From: Scyliorhinus canicula
Taxonomy: Eukaryota
Reading direction: 5' to 3'
Assembly: GCF_902713615.1 (NCBI RefSeq)
Contig: NC_052157.1
Span: 160,347,442 to 160,411,441 of the forward strand
DNA length: 64,000 nt
A program made the translations under genes and the position numbers. Positions within the stretch are counted from its first letter, which is position 1. Every line of letters begins with the position of its first letter. Below are positions 11,186 through 22,365 of the stretch, in pieces. Below the pieces are notes generated by a model. The model ran no database searches. It was given only the letters and a program-made list of their open reading frames with translations, and was not told the origin of the DNA.

Positions 11186-14100
11186 TTAGATTGAGGACTT
11201 CTGGAGGGCCCTTATACCTCTGGTACAAGACTGCGACTGCCTGGCCCTCTCAGCCACGGATCATTCTGATTTACTCATGCGCGATGCCTTCGTTACAGGC
11301 ATTGCATCGGACCCCATCCGGCAACGACTGCTGGAAGGGGCCGCCCTCGACCTCGCGGCCACAAAGACTCTGGCGCTTTCCATGACGGCCGCCTCCCGTA
11401 GTGCGCGAACTTACTACGCTTCCTGCTTGGCCCACCCATCCTACCCCTCGTGGACCCCGCAAACGGCCCCCCCCAGCAGCCGCCCCCGCGCACTACGCCT
11501 GCGCTGCTCGCCGCACTGTGCTCCCTGGGAGTCCCTGCTGTTACTTCTGCGGTCAGCAGAAGCAACCCCGCCAGCGCTGCCCGGCCCGCACCACGACCTG
11601 CAAAGCTTGTGGCAAGAAAGGCCACTTTGCAGCGGTGTGTCAGTCCCGGACGGTCGCCACTATCGCGCCCCCTTTCCCCTCGCCTCAGCCGATCGCACAA
11701 TAGGCCCTGCCGTCCGCTTCCCCCGACACCACGTGCGATCAGTGGGCGCCGCCATCTTCATCCCTCACCGCCATGTGCGATCAGTGGGCGCCGCCATCTT
11801 CATCCCTCACCGCCATGTGCGTTCCATGGGTGCCGCCATTTTGTCCGCCGCCATCTTCTCCCACACAGGTACTCCAGACGCCGCCATTTTGTCCTCCCCC
11901 CAGGACGGGGCCATGGGACACGGGTCGCCACCGCTCCTCGTCGGACTCATCTGACTCGACTGCTGATCGCCCGCTGCTCGCCTCCGTTACGCTTGACCAG
12001 TCGAGTCCTCGCAACCTGGCACCCTCTTCAACATCGGTGCTGGTCAATGGCCACGTAACCTCCTGCCTCATCGACTCCGGGAGCACCGAGAGCTTCGTCC
12101 ACCCGGACACGATAAGGTGCTATTCCCTTGCGGTCCATCCCGCCAACCGGCAGATCTCTCTAGCCTTCGGTTCCCACTCTGTCCCGATCCGGGGCTTCTG
12201 CCTGGTTAAACTCACTGTACAGGGTGTGGAATTCAACCGTTTCCGTCTGTACATTCTCCCCAAACTCTGCGCGTCACTCTTACTAGGCCTGGATTTCCAG
12301 TGCAATCTCCAGAGCCTCACCCTCAAATTCGGCGGACCCCTACCTCCCTTCACCGTTTGCGGCCTCACGACCCTCAAGGTCGAGCCTCCCTCACTCTTTG
12401 CCAATCTGACCGCAGATGCAAGCCCGTCACCACCAGGAGCAGACGGTACAGCACCCAGGACAAGGCCTTCATCAGGTCCGAAGTCCAGCGGCTGCTTCGG
12501 GAGGGTATCATCGAGGCCAGCAACAGAGAGCCCAGGTGGTAGTGGTTAAGATCGGGGAGAAGCACAGGATGGTCGTGGACTACATCCAGACCATCAACCA
12601 GTGCAGCTCGACGCGTACCCCCTCCCCCGCATTTCTGATATGGTCAATCAGATTGCACAGTACCGGGTCTTCTCTACTATTGACCTGAAATCCGCCTACC
12701 ACCAGCTCCCCATCCGTAAATCGGACCGTCCCTACACTGCCTTCGAGGCGGACGGTCGCCTGTACCAATTTCTTAGGGTTCCCTTCGGCGTCACGAATGG
12801 AGTCTCGGTATTTCAACAAGAAATGGACCGAATGGTTGACCGGTACGGACTGCAGTCCACCTTCCCGTACCTCGACAATGTCACCATCTGCGGCCATGAC
12901 CAGCAGGACCATGATGCCAACCTTTCTAAATTCCTCCACACCGCATCTCTCCTTAATCTCACGTACAACAAGTGCGTGTTCCGCACAGACTGCTTAGCCA
13001 TCCTCGGCTACGTAGTCCAAAACGGACTACTGGGGCCCGATCCCGACCGCATGCGCCCCCTCATGGAGCTTCCACTTCCCACTGCCCCAAGGCCCTCAAA
13101 CGCTGCCTTGGGTTCTTTTCTTATTACACCCAGTGGGTCCCACAATACGCGGACAAGGCCCGCCCACTTATCCAGTCCACACATTTTCCCCTCTCGGCAG
13201 AGGCACAACAGGCCTTCGCCCGCATTCGATCTGACATAGCCAGGGCGGGGATGCACGCCGTAGACGAGACTCTGCCTTTCCAAGTAGAGAGCGACGCTTC
13301 AGATGTCGCCCTTGCCGCCACGCTAAATCAGGCAGGCAGACCCATGGCATTCTTTTCACGCACCCTCCACGCCTCCGAAATTCAACATTCCTTTGTTGAA
13401 AAGGAGGTCCAGGCCATCGTTGAAGCGGTGCGGCACTGGAGGCATTACCTGGCCGGCAGGAGATTCACTCTCCTCACTGACCAACGGTCGGTAGCCTTCA
13501 TGTTCAACAACACGCAGCGGGGCAAGATCAAGAATGACAAAATCTTGCGGTGGAGAATCGAGCTCTCCACCTTTAACTACGAGATCTTGTTTCGCCCCGG
13601 CAAGCTCAACGAGCCCCCAGACGCCCTCTCCCGAGGTACATGTGCCAGCGCACAAGTGAACCAGCTCCGTGCCTTGCACGAGAGCCTTTGCCATCCGGGG
13701 GGTCACTCGCTTGTACCATCTAATCAAAGCCCGCAATCTGCCCTACTCCGTCGAGGAAGTACGGACAGTCACCAGAGACTGCCAGATCTGTGCGGAGTGC
13801 AAGCTGCACTTCTACCGGCCAGATCGCGCACGCCTGGTGAAAGCGCCCCGCCCCTTTGAACGCCTCAGCGTGGACTTCAAAGGGCCCCTCCCCTCCACCG
13901 ACCGCAACACCTACATCCTTAGTGTGGTCGATGAATTTTCTAACCTTCGCCATCCCATGCCCGGATATGACGTCTGCCACCGTCATCAAGGCCCTGGATT
14001 CCATTTTCACTCTGTTCGGTTTCCCCGACTATATCCACAGCGACAGGGGATCCTCATTCATGAGCGATGAGCTGCGTCATTTCCTGCTCAGCAGGGGTAT

Positions 14101-15131
14101 CGCCTCCAGCAGGACGACCAGCTACAACCCCCGGGGAAACGGGCAGGTAGAGAGGGAGAACGGGACGGTATGGAGGGCCGTCCAGCTGGCCCTACGGTCC
14201 AGAAACCTCCCAGCCGCTCGCTGGCAACAGGTCCTCCCTGACGTGCTCCATTCCATTCGGTCGCTACTGTGCACCGCGACTAACCACACACCCCACAAAC
14301 GTGTTTTTGCCTTCCCTAGGAAGTCTAGGTCCGGGGTGCCGCTCCCGACGTGGCTCACGACTCCGGGCCCAGTCCTTCTCCGTAGACATGTCCGGCACCA
14401 CAAGGCGGAACCCTGGCGGACAAAGTACGCCTTCTCCACGCCAACCCTCAGTATGCCTACGTGGAGTTCCCCGACGGCCACCAGGACACAGTCTCGCTCC
14501 GGGACCTGGCTCCCTCAGGTGCCGATCCCATGCCCATGCCCCTTTCTGCCCCCGCGCCACCCTCCTTTTCCCCGGCGCCCCCCTATTCGTCCCCACCAGG
14601 TCCATCCCTCGTCCATCTGCCCACACTGGAGGACACGGAAGATTTGGGCTTGCTCTCGGAGTCATCCCGCCAGCAGCCAGCACCAACACCGCCAGCACCT
14701 GCACCGACGTCACCACCACAGCTACGCCGATCACAGCGGAACATTCGACCGCCGGTTCGGCTCAACCTGTAACCTGCTGACCGGATGGACTCCTGGTTTT
14801 CTTTGTTTGGACTCCCTTGTAAATAGCTCATCCTTTGTATTATAGTTACACATCACCCCCGCCGGACTCATTTTTTACAGGGGGTGAATGTGGTGATAAC
14901 CACTGTAGATATGTATACTTGCAGTAAGGGGATGTATGGATGTACCTGTAATACAGGTTCCTCCGGTAAGCCCCTGCCAGCTAGCTCCGCCCACAGGGAG
15001 CTTGTGTATAAATATGCGTGTGAGTCACTCAGACCCTAGTCTTCAGTTGCAGCCGGAGGAATAGCATCGCACAGCAATAAAGCCTCGCTTGAACTTGTCT
15101 CTCGTCTTTGACTATAATTGTTAGCGCCACA
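11186..15131 (+). mobile_element. Decayed Ty3/Gypsy LTR retrotransposon lacking its 5' LTR
   Basis: Gag zinc knuckle CKACGKKGHFAAVC, protease LIDSGST, RT (IDLKSAYHQ, VPFGV, YLDN), RNase H (ESDASD, FTLLTDQ) and integrase (HPG..CQIC, HSDRG, GNGQVER) in PR-RT-RH-IN order. Many frameshifts and a stop at 11701. Confidence 0.95.
14889..15131 (+). mobile_element. 3' LTR of the Gypsy element (243 bp)
   Basis: Polypurine tract agggggtgaa directly before TGTGGTG...CGCCACA; TATAAAT at 15007; AATAAA at 15076. Confidence 0.88.
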
Positions 15132-15450
15132 CACAGGGACTTATGATCCAGGCGAGGATGAGTGGGTTCTTCCAGGGAGTGGCAGATGAGTGTGACAATT
15201 CTGGGTCAGAGCCAGCGAATCATGCACACGCTCTGGGGCTGTGAGAAGTTGGAGAGATACTGGGAGGCGGTATTTGCGGCTCTATGGAAGATTTTGGGAT
15301 GGGGGGGGGAGAGGGCAGAGGTATGCTGGACACAATGGTGGCGACCTTTGGGGTTTTCGAAATGCCAGAGCTGATGGGGAGGAGGAGGGCCAATGTTGTG
15401 GCCATCGCCTCCCCAATTGCCCGGCAAAGAATATTGTTGGATAGGCAGTC
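15132..15450 (+). mobile_element. L1-clade LINE, part 2 (ORF2 C-terminal zinc-knuckle region)
   Basis: HTLWGCEKLERYWEAVF...VATFGVFEMPEL...ASPIARQRILL. Homologous to 33510-33662 and 7358-7800. Confidence 0.8.
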
Positions 15451-15469
15451 GGCAACACCGCCGGGGCTG

Positions 15470-17848
15470 GCGGCCTGGCTGGGGTGGGGGCCTGGCTGGG
15501 GCCGGTGACATCGCCGGGGGTGGGGGCCTGGCTGGGGGTGGCGGCCTGGCTGGGGGTGGCGGCCTGGCTGGGGGTGGCGGCCTGGCTGGGGGTGGGGGCC
15601 TGGCTGGGGGTGGGGGCCTGGCTGGGGGCCTGGCTGGGGGTGGGGGCCTGGCTGGGGGTGGAAGCCTGGCTCGGGGTGAGGGCCTGGCTGGGTCGGCAAC
15701 ACCGCCGGGGCTGGCGGCCTGGCCGGGGGTGGCGGCCTGGCTGGGGGTGGCGGCCTGGCTGGGGGTGGGGACCTGGCTGGGGGGGGCGGCCTGGCTGGGG
15801 GTGGGGACCTGGCTAGGGGTGGCGGCCTGGCTGGGGGTGGCGGCCTGGGTGGGGACCTGACTGGGGGTGGGGGCCTGGCTGGGGGTGGGGACCTGGCTGG
15901 GGGTGGGGGCCTGGCTGGGGGTGGCGGCCTGGGTGGGGACCTGACTGGGGGTGGGGGCCTGGCTGGGGGTGGGGGCCTGGCTGAGGTGGGGGCCTGGCTG
16001 GGGGTGGGGGCCTGGCTGTGGATGGGAGCCTGGCTGGGGGTGGGGGCCTGGCAGGGGGTGGGGGCCTGGCTGGGGGTGGGGGCCTGGCTGGGGGTGGGGG
16101 GGCCTGGCAGGGGGTGGGGGGCCTAGCAGGGGGTGGGGGCCTGGCTGGGGGTGGGGGCCTGGCTGGGCCGGTGACATCGCCGGGGCTGGCGGCCTGGCTG
16201 GGGGTGGGGGCCTGGCTGGGGGTGGCGACCTGGCTGGGGGTGGGGGCCTGGCTGGGGGTGGGGGCCTGGCTGGGGGTGGGGGCCTGGGTGGGGGCCTGGC
16301 TGGGGTGGGGGCCTGGCTGGGGGTGGCGGCCTGGCTGGGGGTGGTGGCCTGGCTGGGGGTGGGGGACTGGGTGGGGGTGGCGGCCTGGCTGGGGGTGGGG
16401 ACCTGGGTGGGGGTGGGGGCCTGGCTGGGGGTGGGGACCTGGCTGGGGGTGGGGGCCTGGCTGGGGGTGGTGGCCTGGCTGGGGGTGGGGGCCTGGCTGG
16501 GGGTGGGGGCCTGGCTGGGGGTGGGGACCTGGCTGGGGGCCTGGCTGGGGGTGGGGGACCTGGCTGGGGGTGGGGACCTGGCTGGGGGTGGGGCCTGGCT
16601 GGGGGTGGGGCCTGGCAGGGGGTGGGGCCTGGCTTGGGGGTGGCGGCCTGGCTGGGGGTGGCGGCCTGGCTGGGGGTGGGACCTGGCTGGGGGGTGGGTG
16701 CCTGGCTGGGGGTGGGGGCCTGGCTGGGGGTGGCGGCCTGGCTGGGGGCCGGCTAGGGGTGGTGGCCTGGCTGGGGGGTGGCGGCCTGGCTGGGGTGGCG
16801 GCCTGGCTGGGGGCCTGACTGGGGGTGGGGGCCTGGCTGGGGTGGCGGCCTGGCTGGGGGTGGGGAACTGGCTGGGGGGGCGGCCTGGCTGGGGGTGGGG
16901 ACCTGGCTGGGGTGGCGCCTAGCTGGGGTGGGGACCTGGCTGGGGGCCTGGCTGGGGGTGGGGACCTGGCTGGGGGTGGCGGCCTGGCTGGGGGTGGGGA
17001 CCTGGCTGGGGGTGGCGGCCTGGCTGGGGGTGGGGATCTGGCTGGGGGTGGCGGCCTGGCTGGGGGTGGGGGCCTGGCTGGGGGTGGCGGCCTGGCTGGG
17101 GGTGGGGACCTGGCTGGGGGTGGGGACCTGGCTGGGGGTGGCGGCCTAGCTGGGGGTGGGGACCTGGCTGGGGGCCTGGCTGGGGGTGGGGACCTGGCTG
17201 GGGGTGGCGGCCTGGCTGGGGGTGGGGATCTGGCTGGGGGTGGCGGCCTGGCTGGGGGTGGGGGCCTGGCTGGGGGTGGCGGCCTGGCTGGGGGTGGGGA
17301 CCTGGCTGGGGGTGGGGACCTGGCTGGGGGTGGCGGCCTGGCTGGGGGTGGGGACCTGGCTGGGGGCCTGGCTGGGGGTGGGGACCTGGCTGGGGGTGGC
17401 GGCCTGGCTGGGGGTGGGGGCCTGGCTGGGGGTGGCGGCCTGGCTGGGGGTGGGGACCTGGCTGGGGGTGGGGACCTGGCTGGGGGTGGCGGCCTAGCTG
17501 GGGGTGGGGACCTGGCTGGGGGCCTGGCTGGGGGTGGGGACCTGGCTGGGGGTGGCGGCCTGGCTGGGGGTGGGGACCTGGCTGGGGGTGGCGGCCTGGC
17601 TGGGGGTGGGGATCTGGCTGGGGGTGGCGGCCTGGCTGGGGGTGGGGGCCTGGCTGGGGGTGGGGGCCTGGCTGGGGGTGGGGGGCCTGGCTGGGGGTGG
17701 GGGCCTGGCTGGGGGTGGGGGCCTGGCTGGGGGTGGGGGGCCTGGCTGGGGGTGGGGGCCTGGCTGGGGGTGGGGGGGCCTGGCTGGGGGTGGGGGCCTG
17801 GCTGGGGGTGGGGGCCTGGCTGGGGGGTGGGGGCCTGGCTGGGGGACC
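15470..17848. repeat. G-rich 18-bp minisatellite ggctgggggtgggggcct with higher-order blocks
   Basis: About 130 units embedded in the L1 3' end. Confidence 0.95.
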
Positions 17849-18078
17849 TGTATAATTTCCTCTGGCTGGAAACGGTTAAGTTCAAGTCGAGGGGATCAGC
17901 AGACGGCTTTGAGACATGGTGGGGACAATGTTGGAGGAATTGTTCGTTGTGGGTGGGGGGGAGGCGGGGTGAAAAGGGGAAAAAATTTCACAAACTGCGA
18001 ACTGTGGGGTGTTGATAATGTTACTGATTTGGGCTTCTGCACTTTTAAATATATTTGGAATAAAATACATTTTCTAAA
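17849..18078 (+). mobile_element. L1-clade LINE, part 3 (ORF2 end and 3' UTR)
   Basis: DLYNFLWLETVKFKSRGSADGFETWW matches MASFLCLEKITFALRGS of the 7358 copy; AATAAA at 18059. Confidence 0.8.
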
Positions 18079-18096
18079 GCAAAGGAATGTTTCTGT

Positions 18097-18289
18097 GCAG
18101 AGAGACTGTGAGTGGTTCCATTCACTAACATCACTACTTGCCTGGAATTGAGCAATGTAGCAGAGAGACTGTGAGTGGTTACATACACTAACATCACTAC
18201 TTGCCTGGAATTGAGCAATGTAGCAGAGAGACTGTGAGTGGTTACATACACTAACATCACTACTTGCCTGGAATTGAGCAATGTAGCAG
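18097..18289. repeat. 63-bp tandem triplication
   Basis: gcagagagactgtgagtggtt...gagcaatgta three times. Confidence 0.92.
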
Positions 18290-18545
18290 TTTACAAAGTG
18301 GCTGAGTGATTCGAGCTCAGTCAGACCAAACCGCAGTGCACAGATCGAAGTTAATGAAGGTTAATTTAAAACAGATGGATATTGGAGAACAATCTTCACT
18401 TAAGGGTGATGATTCGAAACACAGCCAAAATCGGTTCCCCCCAGCCCATTCATTTGAGAATCCGGATCTGAACTCCATCGCTCTTGCTTCACAAAGCTGT
18501 TCGAACCTTTACCCAACAACAAAAAAAATCATTAATCTCCGTGCT

Positions 18546-18770
18546 TTTTAAAAATAAATTTAGATTACCCAATTCATTTTTCCAATTAAGGGGCAATTTA
18601 GAGTGGCCAATCCACCTAGCTTGCACATTTTTGGGTTGTGGGGGCGAAACGCACGCAGACACGGGGAGAATGTGCAAACTCCACACAGACAGTGACCCAG
18701 AGCCGGGATCGAACCTGGGACCTCAGCGCTGTGAGGCCGCAGTGCTAACCACTGCGCCACCGTGCTGCCC
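18546..18770 (-). mobile_element. Short-tailed HE1-related SINE (also 25784-26014 -, 41427-41642 -, 41761-42339 -, 49461-49684 +, 51676-51917 -, 53542-53765 +, 60950-61145 -)
   Basis: tRNA head (GGTGGCGCAGTGGTTAGC A box, GGTTCGATCCC B box), shortened body and AT-rich tail; flanking duplication attaatctcc. Confidence 0.88.
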
Positions 18771-18808
18771 GATTAATCTCCATTCTGATTTTTCAATTGG
18801 CCCCCAGA

Positions 18809-18988
18809 AGGGGCTGGTTTAGCTCACCAGGCTAAATCGTTGGCTTTTAAAGCAGGCCAGCAGCACGGTTCGATTCCCGTACCAGCCTCCCCGGACAGAC
18901 GCCGGAATGTGGCGACTAGGGGCTTTTCACAGTAACTTCATTGAAGCCTACTCGTGACAATAAGCGATTTTCATTTCATTTTCATTTC
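18809..18988 (+). mobile_element. tRNA-derived SINE with (catttt)n tail (also 24447-24623 +, and 45490-45925 - split by an LTR)
   Basis: ggggctggtttagctca...ggttcgattccc head and a shared body ggaatgtggcgactaggggcttttcacagtaacttcat. Confidence 0.85.
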
Positions 18989-20089
18989 AGACTCAACAGC
19001 ATTTTGGGGGAGGAGGTTCCAGACTTTGACTTCCCTTTGTGTGATTGCTGACATCACCCCTGAACAGCCTGGCTCAAATGGTCAGGTTGCTTCCTCTTGT
19101 TCGGGGCTCTCAAATCAGAGTAAATGGTTCCTCGCTGTCTACCCTTACAAAACCTTTAGTCATTGTAAATCCTTCAATTAGGTCTTCCCTCCATGCTTTA
19201 AACTCCAGAGAGAGCACTGAGGTCCATTGTGGCCAATAGCCCAGATGTGCTGGGAAGCACTTTGCCGGCAGCCTTGGGAGAGTTGGGGGCCAGCCTTTCA
19301 GAGCTGTGAATACCGATGGTGATGTTTCTACTTTGGCAGTGCGCTGGATGTGGCTACCTCGCTATTGTGGCCGAGAGATTGAAGATTCTGCATTAACATC
19401 CTTACACATGTCCCACTGCAATGACCCATTTTTGTACCATCGATGTAACTTGCGGTGACATTAAAAATACAAAATCCAGATTTAAAAAAAAACAAACCTA
19501 GTTGATGAAAACTGTCCTCATCATTTAACCCTTTTAGCCCCAGTATCATTCTGTTGAATCTCTGCTGCCCCTCCAAGGCCAGTAGAAGGAGGTGCATAAT
19601 TCAATCCTTTTAGACTTAAAAATCAGTGGGCCAGATTCTCCAGTTCTGAGGCAAAGTGGGGAGGATCTGTGGCGTTTCACGTGGAAAAAATCGGCGGCGC
19701 CCCCTCACCGATGCCGCGACAGGGAACGAATGGGTGGGAGAGTTGAAAAAAATACGGGAGGTGCCTTGAAGGAGTTAATGCACAGAATGGCAAAGTGGAA
19801 CCTGGCACCACCAGAGTGGGGGCAAAATATAAGTAGAATGAACCACAGAGGTCGATGCCCGGTCACACTGAGCTTCTGTGCACGAGGAGAGATCAATTTC
19901 TCTGCAGCTGAAACTAAAGCTGGGGGGAAAAAAACGTGACAAAGCCTTGTGAATTAGGGTGTTTCCACCCAACCCAACATTCAACAAGTCCTGGGCATGC
20001 AAAGATAGTGACCCTGCGCAGGAACATCAGAAAGGCAAGCAACTGCAGAGAGAGGGGTGGGGAGACAGGTTAACTGACTCGATACTTAC

Positions 20090-20147
20090 ACGTCTCAGAA
20101 GGTGTACCTGTGACTCGGATTCTCCTTGTCGATGATCTCTGGCGGGA
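20090..20147 (-). CDS. Tentative small N-terminal TRPV exon (58 bp)
   Basis: Bounded by ttttag| and |gtaagt in non-repetitive sequence. Reads SRQRSSTRRIRVTGTPSET in the frame set by the 20295-20339 exon and ends in phase 1. No recognisable homology. Confidence 0.35.
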
Positions 20148-20294
20148 CTAAAAGCAATCAATCAATCCAAAATTGCAGTTTATTTTTCAGGACTTCCTCT
20201 CCTAAACCAGGCACAGTCGGAGCACAGTTCAGCAGGAGGTATCTTCATCACAAGGAGTAACTGAATGGAAAGAGTGTGGAATGGGGGAGGTTAC

Positions 20295-20339
20295 CTCTCC
20301 ATCTGTGTGCCTCATAATGTGGGACTTGATGTTATTTGC
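20295..20339 (-). CDS. Tentative TRPV 5' exon (45 bp) with possible ATG at 20315
   Basis: Strong polypyrimidine tract ctttctccttttctatttcag| and donor GAG|gtaacc. ATG AGG CAC ACA GAT GGA GAG (MRHTDGE); the frame is also open upstream of the ATG. Confidence 0.35.
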
Positions 20340-20820
20340 CTGAAATAGAAAAGGAGAAAGATAATACAATGCTGCAGATTGAGCGATCTTGCAGGGAGTC
20401 TCCTGGGTGTATCAAAAGACTCCAGTACAGCCTTGAGTGAGTTAGCACAGAGTTCAATAACTGGGATTTTGCCTGTAGAAGCTATCAAGAAAACTCATTA
20501 CTCAGAGTAATGCAATATTCTCTGAAGGATTGCTGGAGACATTAATGGGCTCATTTGCTCACAGATACAGGCAATTAGCATTCCACAAGAAGTATTGATG
20601 GGTAGATAGAAAAAAGCAGGAGGAGGCCATTCGGCCCTTCGAGCCTGCTCCTCCATTCATTATGATCCTGGCTGATCATCAAATTCAATTCCCTGATCCC
20701 TCCTCCCCCCCCCCCCCCCCCATATTCCCTTTAACCCCAAGAGCGGTAGCTAATTCCTTCTTGAAATCACAGATTTTGGCCTGAACTACTTTCTGTGGCA
20801 GATTATAGATAGATTCAGTT

Positions 20821-21158
20821 CATAGAATTTACAGTGCAGAAGGAGGCCATTCGGCCCATCGAGTCTGCACCGGCTCTTGGAAAGAGCACCCTACCCAAGG
20901 TCAACACCTCCACCCTATCCCCATAACCCAGCAACCCCACCCAACACTAAGGGCAATTTTGGACACTAGGGGCAATTTATCATGGCCAATCCACCTAACC
21001 TGCACATCTTTGGACTGTGGGAGGAAACCGGAGCACCCGGAGGAAACCCACGCACACACGGGATGTGCAGACTCCGCACAGTGACCCAAGCCGGAATCGA
21101 ACCTGGGACCCTGGAGCTGTGAAGCAATTGTGCTATCCACAATGCTACCGTGCTGCCC
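20821..21158 (-). mobile_element. Full-length HE1-type V-SINE (also 41891-42236 +, 52607-52923 -, 54176-54520 +, 60142-60444 -)
   Basis: tRNA head, V-domain GGTTTCCTCCGGGTGCTCCGGTTTCCTCCCAC, and CR1-derived tail gatgggccgaatggcctccttctgc. Confidence 0.9.
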
Positions 21159-21590
21159 AGAGATTCACCACTCTCTGGGTGAAGAAATGTCTCCTCACCT
21201 CAGTCCTAAAAGGTTTACCACTTATCCTCAAACTATGACCCCTAGTTCTGGACTCCCCCACCATCGGGAACATTCTTTCTGAATCTACCCTGTCTAATCC
21301 TGTTAGAATTTTATAAATTTCTGTGAAATTCCCTCTCGCTCTTCCAAACTCCAATAAATATAATCCTAACCAATTTAGTTTCTCCTCATCTGACAGTCCC
21401 ACCATCCCAGCAATCAGCCTGGTAAACCTTCTCTGCACTCCCTCCATAGCGAGAACATCCTTCCTCAGATAGGGGACACCAAAACTGCACACAGTACTCC
21501 AGGTGTGGCCTCACTAATGCCCTATACAATTACAGTAAAATATCCCTGTTCCTATTCTCCTATTCCTCTTGCTATGGAGGCCAACATACC

Positions 21591-22033
21591 TGTTATAACC
21601 TGCCCGGTTCCAATTGGCTGGGGACAACTGGTTACCCCATGATATATTTTGGGGTCCAATCCCCACAACAGAATAACAGAAATTAACTCAGGGACAACTT
21701 AAAAGGCTCCTGATGGAGACACTGCCCAAAAATAACAAAGCACAACGGAAAATTATCAACATCAAATCAAAATGTGAAAAGAGGGATGGATAAATCAATC
21801 CAACCCCTGCGGGCACCGACGGCCTACTTGAGGAATATGAGCTCGCCCAATGAGGAGAGGAGTGGGGCCATCGTGAGCAGATGCAGCTGTATAAATAGAG
21901 CTGGTCAGTGTGGTACTGGCTAGAGAAGGAAGCAGTGGTGGGCTTCTGCTGCTGTGTACATATTGTTGTAAATAAAGTTACTTTCCGTTTGACTCTACAA
22001 ACGCGTGCTGGATTCTTCGTGGCCCTCACAAAA
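21591..22033 (+). mobile_element. Solo LTR
   Basis: TGTTAT start, TATAAATAG near 21890, AATAAA near 21972, and an imperfect 5-bp TSD atacc/atgcc interrupting the CR1. Confidence 0.65.
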
Positions 22034-22365
22034 ATGCCCGTTGCTTTCTTTACTGCCTGCTGTATCTGCGCGCTTACTTTCAGCGACTTTCAGACACCAA
22101 GGTCTCACTGAGTAACCGTCTCTCTCAATTTACATCCATACAAATAATAATCTGCCTCCCTATTTTTGCTACCGAAGCGGATAACCTCACATTTATCCAC
22201 ATTATACTGCATCTGCCGTGCATGTGCCCACTCAGCCTGTCTAAATCCCGCTGAAACATCTCCGCATCCTCCTCACAGCTCACCCTCCCACCCAACTTTG
22301 TATCATCTGCCGATTTGGAGATAATACATTTAGTTTAGTTCCCTCGCCCAAATCATTAATATATA

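Noticed and set aside
15206-18151. Gly-rich and Pro-rich ORFs up to 690 aa
   Set aside because: An 18-bp array inside an L1 relic, open in several frames on both strands.
18700-18900. tRNA genes suggested by A/B boxes
   Set aside because: They are SINE heads that continue into SINE bodies and recur as diverged copies.
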